Of a stretch of 33,933 nucleotides of DNA, positions 1 through 8,226 are shown piece by piece. The first letter of the stretch is position 1, and each line of letters begins with the position of its first letter. Position numbers and translations under genes: made by a program. The notes beneath the pieces were generated by a model. The model was not told the DNA's origin and searched no databases. It saw only the letters and a list, made by a program, of their open reading frames with translations. The DNA comes from an uncultured Nitrospiraceae bacterium (GTDB lineage Bacteria > Nitrospirota > Thermodesulfovibrionia > Thermodesulfovibrionales > UBA1546): contig CAZHHV010000001.1 of assembly GCA_964532335.1 (NCBI GenBank), positions 3,327 to 37,259 on the forward strand, read 5' to 3'.

Positions 1-1
1 T

Positions 2-244
2 CCGCAGGCATTGAAAATAGCGCTGCCCGGCGTTACTAATGATTTCATTGCGCTTTTTAAAGACTCCTCGCTTGTATCTGTAATTGCAATGGTGGAACTT
101 ACAAAGACATACAGCATACTTGCCGCAACCACGCTGAGGTTTTTTGAGCTCGGGCTGATTGTTGCATTGCTTTATTTTGCGATGAGCTATCCGTTGTCTT
201 TGCTTGCAAGAAGATTAGAGAAAAGATTAAGCAATAAAAAATGA
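2..244 (+). CDS. Polar amino-acid ABC transporter permease, C-terminal fragment (5' end lies outside the window)
   Basis: The frame is open from base 2. The translation [35 protein letters not shown] matches the conserved EAA-loop/C-terminal region of His/Glu/Gln/Arg-type permeases. The stop overlaps the start of the ATPase gene (ATGA). The ORF-track start at 11 is a TTG artefact. Confidence 0.8.
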   Translation, partial: PQALKIALPGVTNDFIALFKDSSLVSVIAMVELTKTYSILAATTLRFFELGLIVALLYFAMSYPLSLLARRLEKRLSNKK

Positions 245-1005
245 TTAAAGTCAGAGACCTGCATAAATACTACGGAGAACAACATCTCTTTAAAGGCATC
301 AACCTTGAGATAGAGAAAGGCGAGGCTGTGGTCTTTATCGGCCCATCCGGAAGCGGGAAGAGCACATTTCTGAGATGCATTAATGGGCTTGAACATTTTC
401 AGAGTGGCGAGATAGATGTCGGTGACATTGAACTTCATTCCATAAACAGATTGACGCCTGATAAAAAAGACCTTGAATCTATAAGGAAGATCAGACTGAA
501 GGTCGGGATGGTATTTCAGCAGTTTAACCTTTTCCCTCACATGACTGTTCTGGAGAATATAACCGAAGCTCCGCAAAGAGCGCTCGGCATAGGCAGAGAT
601 AAAGCTGCTGAAAATGCGGTTGTCCTGTTAAAGAGGATAGACCTTGAAAAGAAAGTGAACAGTTATCCGGAAGAACTCTCAGGCGGAGAACAGCAAAGAG
701 TTGCAATAGCGCGCGCCCTTGCCATGAAGCCGGAGGCGATGCTCTTTGATGAACCGACATCCTCGCTTGACCCTGAGATGGTAGGAGAGGTTCTTTCAGT
801 GATAAAAGAGCTTGTGGACGAAGGAATGACCACTTTGATAGCAACGCATGAAATGGATTTTGCAAAAGAAGTCGCAGACAGGGTGGTTGTATTTGACCAC
901 GGAGATATTATTGAAACAGGCACGCCTGAGGAGATATTCACAAGCCCCAAGACGGAACGGACAAAGATTTTTTTAAGCCGGATACTGAAAAGAAGCATAA
1001 TATAA
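241..1005 (+). CDS. Amino-acid ABC transporter ATP-binding protein
   Basis: Walker [11 protein letters not shown]-loop, signature [15 protein letters not shown], Walker [12 protein letters not shown] and H-loop ATHEM are all present. It is translationally coupled to the upstream permease. Confidence 0.9.
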   Translation: MIKVRDLHKYYGEQHLFKGINLEIEKGEAVVFIGPSGSGKSTFLRCINGLEHFQSGEIDVGDIELHSINRLTPDKKDLESIRKIRLKVGMVFQQFNLFPHMTVLENITEAPQRALGIGRDKAAENAVVLLKRIDLEKKVNSYPEELSGGEQQRVAIARALAMKPEAMLFDEPTSSLDPEMVGEVLSVIKELVDEGMTTLIATHEMDFAKEVADRVVVFDHGDIIETGTPEEIFTSPKTERTKIFLSRILKRSII

Positions 1006-1107
1006 GATTGCCGTATGGATAATTTTAATATGGCAGCGGGCTTAATTTTGAGGTACAATGAAAATATCAAGGGCAGGAGGGGTGCCCTTAAAGCTGGAGG
1101 CGTATCC

Positions 1108-2826
1108 ATGAAAAATAAGATTGGAGAACTGCTTGTTGAAGCAGGCTTAGTTACATCCGAACAACTCGAAAATGCCCTCAAGATCCAGAAAAATAAAAAT
1201 AAAAGGCTGGGCAAACTACTTATAGAATTAGGCTATGTTAATGAGCTTCAGGTTGCGGAAGCGCTCTCCAAAGAGTTTTCGTTCCCTATAATTGATTGCA
1301 GCATGTATACCATAACAGAAGAATTGCTTTCAATAATACCGAAAGGCACAGCGGAAAAGAAAATAGTTATGCCGCTTGAATTAAAAGATAAAAAACTGCT
1401 GCTTGCCGTGGCTGACCCTCTTGACTGGGAGACTATAGATGAAATCGCATTCAATACAGGATTAAATATTGTTGTTGCTATATCCACCGAGACAAACATA
1501 ATCAATGCGATAGAAACTTATTATAGTTCCACTGAAAAGATATGGGATGTCCTTAAAGAAATCCCTGCATACGAAGGAGTGGAGATTGTAAAAGAGGTTA
1601 AGGAAGAAGAAATCAACATACCCTCAATCTATAAGCTCAGCGAGGAACCACCGATAGTCAAGCTTGTAACCATGCTGTTTGCTAATGCCGCGACAACAGG
1701 CACAAGCGATATCCATATTGAACCGGGAGAAAAGTATGTTCAGGTCAGATATAGGATAGATGGTGCCCTGAAGGCTACAGTTAAATATCCAAAGCACATA
1801 CATGACTCGGTTGTCTCCAGAGTAAAGATTATTTCAAATTTAGACATCACGAACAGGAGACTTCCGCAGGACGGCAGAAGCAAACTGCGGTTCGAAGAAA
1901 GGGATATTGATCTGAGAGTTTCTACAATGCCCTCTTTCTACGGCGAAAATATTGTAATAAGACTCTTGGATTCAGCTACAGGGCTTATTCCCCTCGGTAA
2001 GCTCGGCATCCCTGAGAAAATTCTTAAGCCTTTAATAGACGTCTTCAGCCAGCCGCAGGGCATGCTGCTTGCCACAGGGCCTACAGGGAGCGGGAAAACT
2101 ACGACGCTTTATGCAATCTTACGGCAACTGAACGAAGAGGAATCGCATATTGTCACTATAGAAGAGCCAATAGAATATCAGCTCGCCGGCATAACGCAGG
2201 TAGGAGTTAACGAACCCATCGGGCTTTCCTTTCCTAATGTGCTGCGCTCCACTTTAAGACAGGACCCGGACATCATTATGGTAGGCGAAATCAGGGATAT
2301 TGAAACAGCCAAGATTGTAGTACGCGCTGCCCTTACAGGGCATCTTGTATTAAGCACACTCCACACCAATGACACCGTGTCTACAGTCACAAGGCTGTTG
2401 GATATAGGCTTAGATCCATATTTGATAAGCTCATCCGTATCAGGCATTCTTGCCCAGAGGCTGATAAGGAGACTATGCACTGACTGTAAAGTCGAGACTG
2501 CTCCTCCCGCAGATATGACAAAATGGAAACTCCCGCCTATAGAGAAATTTTACAAAGGAACAGGCTGTAAAAAATGTATGAATACGGGATACAAGGGCCG
2601 CATCGGAGTATATGAATTTTTACTTATGAACACAAAACTCAGAAGGCTGATTGCCAGGCGCGGCACTGCAGACGAACTCTGGGATGCAGCAAGAGAAGAC
2701 GGCATGCTGACTCTTTTTGAGGACGCAATATCAAAGGTAAAAGATGGTATCGCAACATTTGATGAGGTAGCCTCACATATTCCATACTCACACGCAGATG
2801 CCAGAAAAGAAGAGAAATGGAGTTGA
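1108..2826 (+). CDS. GspE/PilB/MshE-family secretion (type II / type IV pilus) ATPase with MshEN-like N-terminal domain
   Basis: Walker A GPTGSGKTTT, Walker B DPDIIMVGEIRD, His box TGHLVLSTLHTND and a tetracysteine motif CTDC...CKKC are present. I prefer the ATG at 1108, preceded by GGAGG at 1096-1100. The ORF is open from 1015. Confidence 0.85.
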   Translation: MKNKIGELLVEAGLVTSEQLENALKIQKNKNKRLGKLLIELGYVNELQVAEALSKEFSFPIIDCSMYTITEELLSIIPKGTAEKKIVMPLELKDKKLLLAVADPLDWETIDEIAFNTGLNIVVAISTETNIINAIETYYSSTEKIWDVLKEIPAYEGVEIVKEVKEEEINIPSIYKLSEEPPIVKLVTMLFANAATTGTSDIHIEPGEKYVQVRYRIDGALKATVKYPKHIHDSVVSRVKIISNLDITNRRLPQDGRSKLRFEERDIDLRVSTMPSFYGENIVIRLLDSATGLIPLGKLGIPEKILKPLIDVFSQPQGMLLATGPTGSGKTTTLYAILRQLNEEESHIVTIEEPIEYQLAGITQVGVNEPIGLSFPNVLRSTLRQDPDIIMVGEIRDIETAKIVVRAALTGHLVLSTLHTNDTVSTVTRLLDIGLDPYLISSSVSGILAQRLIRRLCTDCKVETAPPADMTKWKLPPIEKFYKGTGCKKCMNTGYKGRIGVYEFLLMNTKLRRLIARRGTADELWDAAREDGMLTLFEDAISKVKDGIATFDEVASHIPYSHADARKEEKWS

Positions 2827-2922
2827 AACTCTGTCTAAAGACGCCTTCATCGGCAGCTAACAGCAGCGCAAACTGAATATTCGCCTCTTCTGCATCTTGA
2901 ACATTAGCCGCATAACTTTAAA

Positions 2923-3273
2923 ATGACTTACAAGATTCTGGCAGACATTGTCGTATTTTCCCATTTCCTCTGGATATTATTTCTAATTTTTGGCGCACTC
3001 TTTGGCAGAAAAAACAGGCTCATAAAAATCTTCCATATCTCAGGGCTTGCTTTTGCATTTGTCATGCAGTTGTTTGACTGGTATTGTCCTCTTACACATC
3101 TTGAGGTCTGGCTGAGAGAAAAACACAGCCCTTCCTTAACATACAGCGGTTCATTCATCATCCACTACCTTGAAAAACTAATTTATATAGAAATCCCTTC
3201 ATATTTAATACTCATACTTACGATTCTTTTATGCGGATTCAATACATGGATTTATATGAGAAAGAAGAATTAA
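2923..3273 (+). CDS. DUF2784-family small membrane protein
   Basis: It has three or four hydrophobic segments and the motif DWYCPLTHLEVWLR, which is typical of DUF2784 proteins as I recall them. Confidence 0.6.
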   Translation: MTYKILADIVVFSHFLWILFLIFGALFGRKNRLIKIFHISGLAFAFVMQLFDWYCPLTHLEVWLREKHSPSLTYSGSFIIHYLEKLIYIEIPSYLILILTILLCGFNTWIYMRKKN

Positions 3274-4646
3274 ATGCTCAAAAGCGCTTTTAAGCCCCTG
3301 ACTGCCCTTTCAGGCGAAGGATAGACCGGGATTTTTGCTTTCTCAAACAGTGACGTAAGCCTCATGGATATTCCGCTTTCTGCGATATGGGCAATCAAAG
3401 GCTTTCTTATCTCTTCTTTGGCTTTTTTAAGCATTGGCGCAAGCCCTTCTGTTATTCCAAGGACATTCGGCAGCGCAATGATTAAGAAGCCGTCATAATC
3501 ATCTTTCAACTCATTTAAAGCAGTTGTATAGTCTGCATCGTTCACCTGAGCTGTCAGGTCAATGGGGTTATTGATTCCATAAAAATGCGGGAATATCTGT
3601 TTGAGTTTCTCCGTTTTATCATCCGTTAGCTTTGCCACCTCAAGCCCCTGTTTTATGCATTCATCAGCAGCAAGAACTCCTGAGCCTCCGCCGTTTGTAA
3701 TGATAAGAACTCTGTTGCTACCCCCCTTAATTCCCCCCTTGGCAAGGGGGGATACAGAGGGGTAAAATGCAAGCGCCTTTGTCGCATCAATAAGCACATC
3801 AAAATCCTCCACTTCCCTTATTCCGAACTGTCTGAGAATGGAATGGAAGACCTCGTATTTCCCAGCAAGCCTTCCTGTGTGCGAGAATGCCGCAGCCTGC
3901 CCGCTTTGGCTCTTGCCTGACTTAAGCAGGATAAAAGGTTTTTTGACGGATAATATCTTTGCCTTTTCTATAAACCTCCTGCCGTCAACAACAGATTCAA
4001 TGTATGACACTACAACATCCGTATATTTATCATCGGCAAGGTATTCGTACAAATCAGATTCATTTATATCAACAGCATTGCCGTAAGTAAGCGCCTTTGA
4101 TATGCCTGTGTTTGATGCCCTCATTGCTCCGATAAGACAGCTAAGTATAGCGCCGCTCTGTGATACCACAGCAACATTGCCTTTCTTAGGCCTTTTTAAC
4201 CTCTCATGCGGAAGGAAAAATGTATCCAGCCTGTGAGATGGATTATATATGCCCATGCAGTTTGGGCCGAGAATTCTAATGCCTATTTCTTCTCCTATTC
4301 TTTTTACTTCCTCCTGAAGGGCTGTTTCTCCCACTTCCGCAAACCCGGAACTGGCAATGATTACACTTTTTGTCCTGCCAGCAAGCTCTTTGAGTATTTG
4401 CGGGACTTCAGCAGCAGGCCTCATGATTATTGCCAGATCAACCGGTTCGGGAATATCACGGGCAGAAGGATACGCCTTTAAACCCATAAGCTCGCCGTAT
4501 TTCGGATTAACAGGATAAACCGTGCCTTTGAATTTGAGTAGGTTTTTAAGTATCACTCCGCCGAGCTTTTCCTCTGTATGCGCAGCGCCGATTAAAGCAA
4601 TGGATTTTGGTTTAAAAAGAGAATCAAGGTTCACATTGTTATCCAT
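3270..4646 (-). CDS. ADP-forming acetyl/acyl-CoA synthetase-like protein (alpha-type CoA-binding plus CoA-ligase domains, no ATP-grasp domain)
   Basis: The N-terminus LFKPKSIALIGAA...VYPVNPKY is a CoA-binding Rossmann motif. A phosphohistidine-type motif FSHTGRLAG and a second-domain motif ITNGGGSGVLAAD are present. The start is uncertain: I prefer the ATG at 4646, and the ORF-track start at 4745 is a TTG. Confidence 0.7.
   Translation of the reverse strand: MDNNVNLDSLFKPKSIALIGAAHTEEKLGGVILKNLLKFKGTVYPVNPKYGELMGLKAYPSARDIPEPVDLAIIMRPAAEVPQILKELAGRTKSVIIASSGFAEVGETALQEEVKRIGEEIGIRILGPNCMGIYNPSHRLDTFFLPHERLKRPKKGNVAVVSQSGAILSCLIGAMRASNTGISKALTYGNAVDINESDLYEYLADDKYTDVVVSYIESVVDGRRFIEKAKILSVKKPFILLKSGKSQSGQAAAFSHTGRLAGKYEVFHSILRQFGIREVEDFDVLIDATKALAFYPSVSPLAKGGIKGGSNRVLIITNGGGSGVLAADECIKQGLEVAKLTDDKTEKLKQIFPHFYGINNPIDLTAQVNDADYTTALNELKDDYDGFLIIALPNVLGITEGLAPMLKKAKEEIRKPLIAHIAESGISMRLTSLFEKAKIPVYPSPERAVRGLKALLSI
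3721..3762. repeat. G/C-run palindromic element lying in frame inside the acyl-CoA synthetase-like gene
   Basis: The sequence is ccccccttaattCCCCCCTTGGCAAGGGGGGatacagagggg. A perfect 19 nt palindrome lies at 3733-3751. It encodes SVSPLAKGGIKGG immediately before the conserved strand RVLIITNGGG. Confidence 0.7.
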
Positions 4647-4716
4647 AGGTTTTACTATATTATAATTGCACATTAAAGACAAATCAGCCCATGAATCTTG
4701 TGCCTCATACGTCAGC

Positions 4717-4746
4717 TTGACAAATTTAAAAATATGGTTATACAAT
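4717..4746 (+). promoter_or_regulatory. Putative sigma-70-type promoter for the AbrB-like gene
   Basis: TTGACA at 4717-4722, an 18 nt spacer, then TACAAT at 4741-4746. This is followed by the AGGAGG SD and the ATG at 4769. Confidence 0.45.
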
Positions 4747-4768
4747 GTATATACGATAGGAGGCTGAT

Positions 4769-4996
4769 ATGATAAAAAAATTAGTATCTCACGGTAACAG
4801 CGCGGCGCTTATAATTGACAAGCCCATACTCGAACTTTTAGATGTTGATATGGAGACCCCGCTTGAGATTGTCACTGACGGCAGGAATCTGATAATTTCA
4901 CCTGTAGGCACTGCCAAAAGGGAAAAGAAGTTTAAGGCTGCTCTTGAGAAAGTTAACAGGCTTCACGGAAAAACCCTGAGGAAACTTGCAGAATAA
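4769..4996 (+). CDS. AbrB/MazE/SpoVT-family DNA-binding protein (antitoxin-like), no adjacent toxin
   Basis: The N-terminal swapped-hairpin motif LVSHGNSAALIIDKPILELLDV...LIISPV is present. There is a strong SD, AGGAGG at 4758-4763. A TTGACA-18-TACAAT promoter lies upstream. Confidence 0.7.
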   Translation: MIKKLVSHGNSAALIIDKPILELLDVDMETPLEIVTDGRNLIISPVGTAKREKKFKAALEKVNRLHGKTLRKLAE

Positions 4997-5023
4997 GTGA
5001 AGGAAAAAATGATGCAGTAATTT

Positions 5024-6448
5024 TTAAAATCCTGCTGAGATACGGGCAAAATTAATAACTGCGGAAGGCAGCACTCCAATAAATAGGACTGCAATTACTG
5101 TTATTGCAAGCGCGAGGGCTACTCCATGAGAGACAGAAAGCTGAACTTCAGTCTTGGGTTCTTTCATGTACATATACATTACGATCCTCAGATAAAAATA
5201 TGCTGATATCGCGCTGAATATAACTGCTGTCACGGCAAGCCACGTATATCCTGCGCTTACTGCGCTCATAAAAAGATAAAACTTGCCCATAAACCCCGCT
5301 GTAGGCGGAATCCCTGTGAGTGAAAACATAAATACAAGCATCAAGGCAGCAGCCAATGGATGTGTCTTTGCGAGCCCCTCATAATCAGAGATATCATCTC
5401 CCTTAAATCCCTCTGACCTGAGCATAATCACAACTGCAAATGCGCCTATGTTCATGAATGCATAAATAAACATATAATTCAGAACGCTTGCCATGCCCTC
5501 TGATGTCCCTGCAATTATCCCAAGAAGCACATAACCTGCATGCGCTATTGAAGAATACGCAAGCATCCTTTTTATGTTTGTCTGTGAGATTGCGACTATG
5601 TTCCCGACAGCCATCGTAAGTATCGCTATCGGTATAAGAATGCCTGTCCATTCAATTCTTGCCGCGCCGAATGCTGTCATGAAAACCCTTCCAAGCACAG
5701 CAAACCCTGCCGCCTTGGGGCCTACTGACATAAATGCAGTGATGGAAGTAGGCGCGCCTTCATAAACATCAGGCGCCCACATGTGGAAAGGAACAGCAGC
5801 TATCTTGAATGAGAACGCTACTGCAAACATAATCATGGACAGCATTAAAACAGGATTGCCTGAAAGTCCATTACTGGATATGTAAGAAGATATCGCCTTG
5901 AGGTCTGTTGTGCCTGTAAGCCCGTATATCATTGATGTGCCATAGAGCAGAAATGCTGATGCAAATGCGCCAAGGAGGAAATACTTCATTGCGGCTTCGT
6001 TAGACTTTATGTCATGTCTCAGGAACCCTGCAAGCACATAAGTGCTCAATGCCATAAGTTCAAGCCCAAGATAGAGAGTTATCAGGTCTCCCGCTGACGC
6101 CATAAGCATCATGCCGAGAGTGGAAAAAAGTATAAGGCTGTAATATTCCCCGAAATTCACTTTTTCTATTGCGATGTATTTCACTGATATAAGGACAGTG
6201 AGAACGACATTCAGCATAAAAATAAGCTTGAAGAACAGGCTGTAACCATCAGCTATAAACATCCCCTTAAATGTGGTTCCCGCGGAACCGGCAAGCAAAT
6301 ATGTAACTACTGCAGCACTCACTATGCTCAGGAATGCAATCGTCTCTTTTCTTTTAATCACAAGCTCTGAAAGCAGAATGAGAAGAGCAAGGCACGTCAT
6401 CACGATTTCAGGCATCACAGGCCCAAGGTCAGGCATTACAAACGGCAT
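5024..6448 (-). CDS. nuoN: NADH-quinone oxidoreductase subunit N
   Basis: It is a polytopic antiporter-like protein at the last position of the nuo operon. The ATG at 6448 is preceded by AGGAGG. The ORF-track start at 6451 is a TTG one codon upstream. Confidence 0.93.
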   Translation of the reverse strand: MPFVMPDLGPVMPEIVMTCLALLILLSELVIKRKETIAFLSIVSAAVVTYLLAGSAGTTFKGMFIADGYSLFFKLIFMLNVVLTVLISVKYIAIEKVNFGEYYSLILFSTLGMMLMASAGDLITLYLGLELMALSTYVLAGFLRHDIKSNEAAMKYFLLGAFASAFLLYGTSMIYGLTGTTDLKAISSYISSNGLSGNPVLMLSMIMFAVAFSFKIAAVPFHMWAPDVYEGAPTSITAFMSVGPKAAGFAVLGRVFMTAFGAARIEWTGILIPIAILTMAVGNIVAISQTNIKRMLAYSSIAHAGYVLLGIIAGTSEGMASVLNYMFIYAFMNIGAFAVVIMLRSEGFKGDDISDYEGLAKTHPLAAALMLVFMFSLTGIPPTAGFMGKFYLFMSAVSAGYTWLAVTAVIFSAISAYFYLRIVMYMYMKEPKTEVQLSVSHGVALALAITVIAVLFIGVLPSAVINFARISAGF

Positions 6449-6468
6449 CAAAATCCTCCTTCACAATT

Positions 6469-6534
6469 TGTCATTCCGAGCATTGCGAGGAATCTCGCTT
6501 TTTGAGATTGCTTCGGCTTTGCCTCGCAATGACA
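6469..6534. repeat. Intergenic palindromic element (TGTCATTCCGAG...CTCGCAATGACA), nuoN-nuoM junction
   Basis: The terminal inverted repeat matches at 11 of 12 positions. There is an internal perfect 10 bp IR, cattgcgagg (6481-6490) paired with cctcgcaatg (6522-6531), plus nested short stems. Confidence 0.8.
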
Positions 6535-6536
6535 AC

Positions 6537-8075
6537 TCATTTGATAATCTCCAGAATATTTTTTGCAACACCTGCCTCATGCATGCCTCCCGAATTTACC
6601 CTCTCAAGCAGATGTTTTACAGACTCATGCATGAATCCGAGGAAAGCATTGGGATAAACTCCAATCCAGAATATAAGTATAATCATCGGCAGAAGTGTGA
6701 TTATTTCTCTTAAATTGATATCTGCAAGCCCTGCAACCTTCTGGTTTGTCTCCATGAAAAATACCCTCTGATAAAGCCAGAGCATATAGCCTGCGCCTAT
6801 GATTACCCCTGTTGCTGCAAGGACACCTGCCCATTGATTCGCCCTGAACCCTCCGAGGATAACCAGAAACTCCCCGATAAACCCGTTTGTTGCAGGAAGT
6901 CCTATTGATGCAAGCGTAAACACCATAAACAAGGCCGCATACACGGGCATTACAGAAGCGACCCCTCCATAATCCGAAATCTGCCTTGTATGGGTCCTGT
7001 CATAAATCATTCCAACGCTTAAAAATAATGCGCCTGTGACTATTCCATGGTTTATCATCTGGAGTATGCCGCCCTCCATGCCCTGCGAATTCAGGGCAAA
7101 GATTCCAAGAGTCACAAAACCCATGTGGCTCACAGAGCTGTATGCAATGAGCCTTTTCAGGTCTGTCTGCGCAAGACATATTACTGCGCCGTAAATTATC
7201 GCTATAACAGAGAGCGTAAGCATCACAGGCGTCATTGCCCTTGATGCATCAGGGAATAACGGCAATGAGAACCTGATAAAACCATAAGCGCCCATCTTGA
7301 TAAGCACGGCAGCAAGGATAACACTGCCTGCTGTCGGAGCCTCTGTATGCGCATCAGGAAGCCATGTGTGCACCGGGAACATCGGAACCTTAACGGCAAA
7401 TGCTGCAAAGAAAGCCCAGAAGAGCCAGAGCTGCAATTGATACGGATATGATTTTGTCATGAGTTCAAGTATGTCAAATGTCCTGCCGGCTTGATAATAA
7501 AGAACGATTATTCCAATAAGCATCAGCACGCTTCCGACAAGCGTGAAGAGGAAAAATTTCACCGCAGCATAAATCCTGTTAGGTCCGCCCCATACGCCTA
7601 TCAAAAGATACATGGGTATAAGCATTGCCTCCCAGAAGAGATAAAAAAGTATGAAATCCAATGAACAAAAAACGCCTATCATTGCGCCTTCCATTATCAG
7701 AATGGAGATATAAAATTCTTTTGTCTTTGTTTTTATAGAATTCCATGAGATAAGAATGCAGAGTATTGTAATAAGGGTTGAGAGAAGGACAAACAGAATG
7801 CTTATGCCGTCAATGCCGAGATGATAATTAATATTTAATGAAGGAATCCATGAATGTTTTTCTACAAACTGCATGAGATGCGTGGACTTATTGAACTCTG
7901 TGAACAAAGGAATTGAAATAATAAACGCCGCCGTGCTCACAATAAGGCTCAGCCATTTTATGAGGTTTTCATTAGACCTGCTTATCAGGAGCAAAAGCGC
8001 CGCGCCTGCAATTGGCAGGAATATCAATGTGCTCAGTATGGGGAACCCCAAATCATTCATTATCACCTGCTCCAT
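6537..8075 (-). CDS. nuoM: NADH-quinone oxidoreductase subunit M
   Basis: It is a 512 aa Mrp/antiporter-like subunit with motifs such as VPMFPVHTWLPDAHTEAPTAGSVILA. Operon position supports the call. Confidence 0.95.
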   Translation of the reverse strand: MEQVIMNDLGFPILSTLIFLPIAGAALLLLISRSNENLIKWLSLIVSTAAFIISIPLFTEFNKSTHLMQFVEKHSWIPSLNINYHLGIDGISILFVLLSTLITILCILISWNSIKTKTKEFYISILIMEGAMIGVFCSLDFILFYLFWEAMLIPMYLLIGVWGGPNRIYAAVKFFLFTLVGSVLMLIGIIVLYYQAGRTFDILELMTKSYPYQLQLWLFWAFFAAFAVKVPMFPVHTWLPDAHTEAPTAGSVILAAVLIKMGAYGFIRFSLPLFPDASRAMTPVMLTLSVIAIIYGAVICLAQTDLKRLIAYSSVSHMGFVTLGIFALNSQGMEGGILQMINHGIVTGALFLSVGMIYDRTHTRQISDYGGVASVMPVYAALFMVFTLASIGLPATNGFIGEFLVILGGFRANQWAGVLAATGVIIGAGYMLWLYQRVFFMETNQKVAGLADINLREIITLLPMIILIFWIGVYPNAFLGFMHESVKHLLERVNSGGMHEAGVAKNILEIIK

Positions 8076-8093
8076 TGCTTACTCCGACTCACC

Positions 8094-8171
8094 GTCATTC
8101 CTGCGGAGGCAGGAATCCAGGCTTGCCATAGAAATAGAAACTCTGGATTCCGCATCAAGTGCGGAATGACA
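8094..8171. repeat. GTCATTCC...GGAATGACA double-hairpin element, nuoM-nuoL junction
   Basis: The sequence is gtcattccTGCggagGCAggaatccag, then a 22 nt spacer, then ctggattccGCAtcaagTGCggaatgaca. The reverse complement of the right arm is identical to the left arm of the element at 17653. Confidence 0.85.
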
Positions 8172-8226
8172 GACTTGTTGATGACTTCTTTAGAGATTTG
8201 ACAATTCATTTTTTCTCCTCATCCAC

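Noticed and set aside
1015-1107. The ORF track gives N-terminal extensions for several genes (gspE-like from 1015, the acd-like gene to 4745, nuoI to 11774, and others).
   Set aside because: Several of these track starts are TTG or GTG codons (4745, 11774, 6451, 11054, 27444, 21890, 11). Better-placed ATGs with SD sequences, or with N-termini matching the family, lie downstream. The extensions have no recognisable homology.
3270-3273. The convergent DUF2784 and acd-like genes overlap by 4 nt (TTAA provides TAA stops on both strands).
   Set aside because: This is a trivial consequence of the palindromic TTAA. There is no evidence of regulatory significance.
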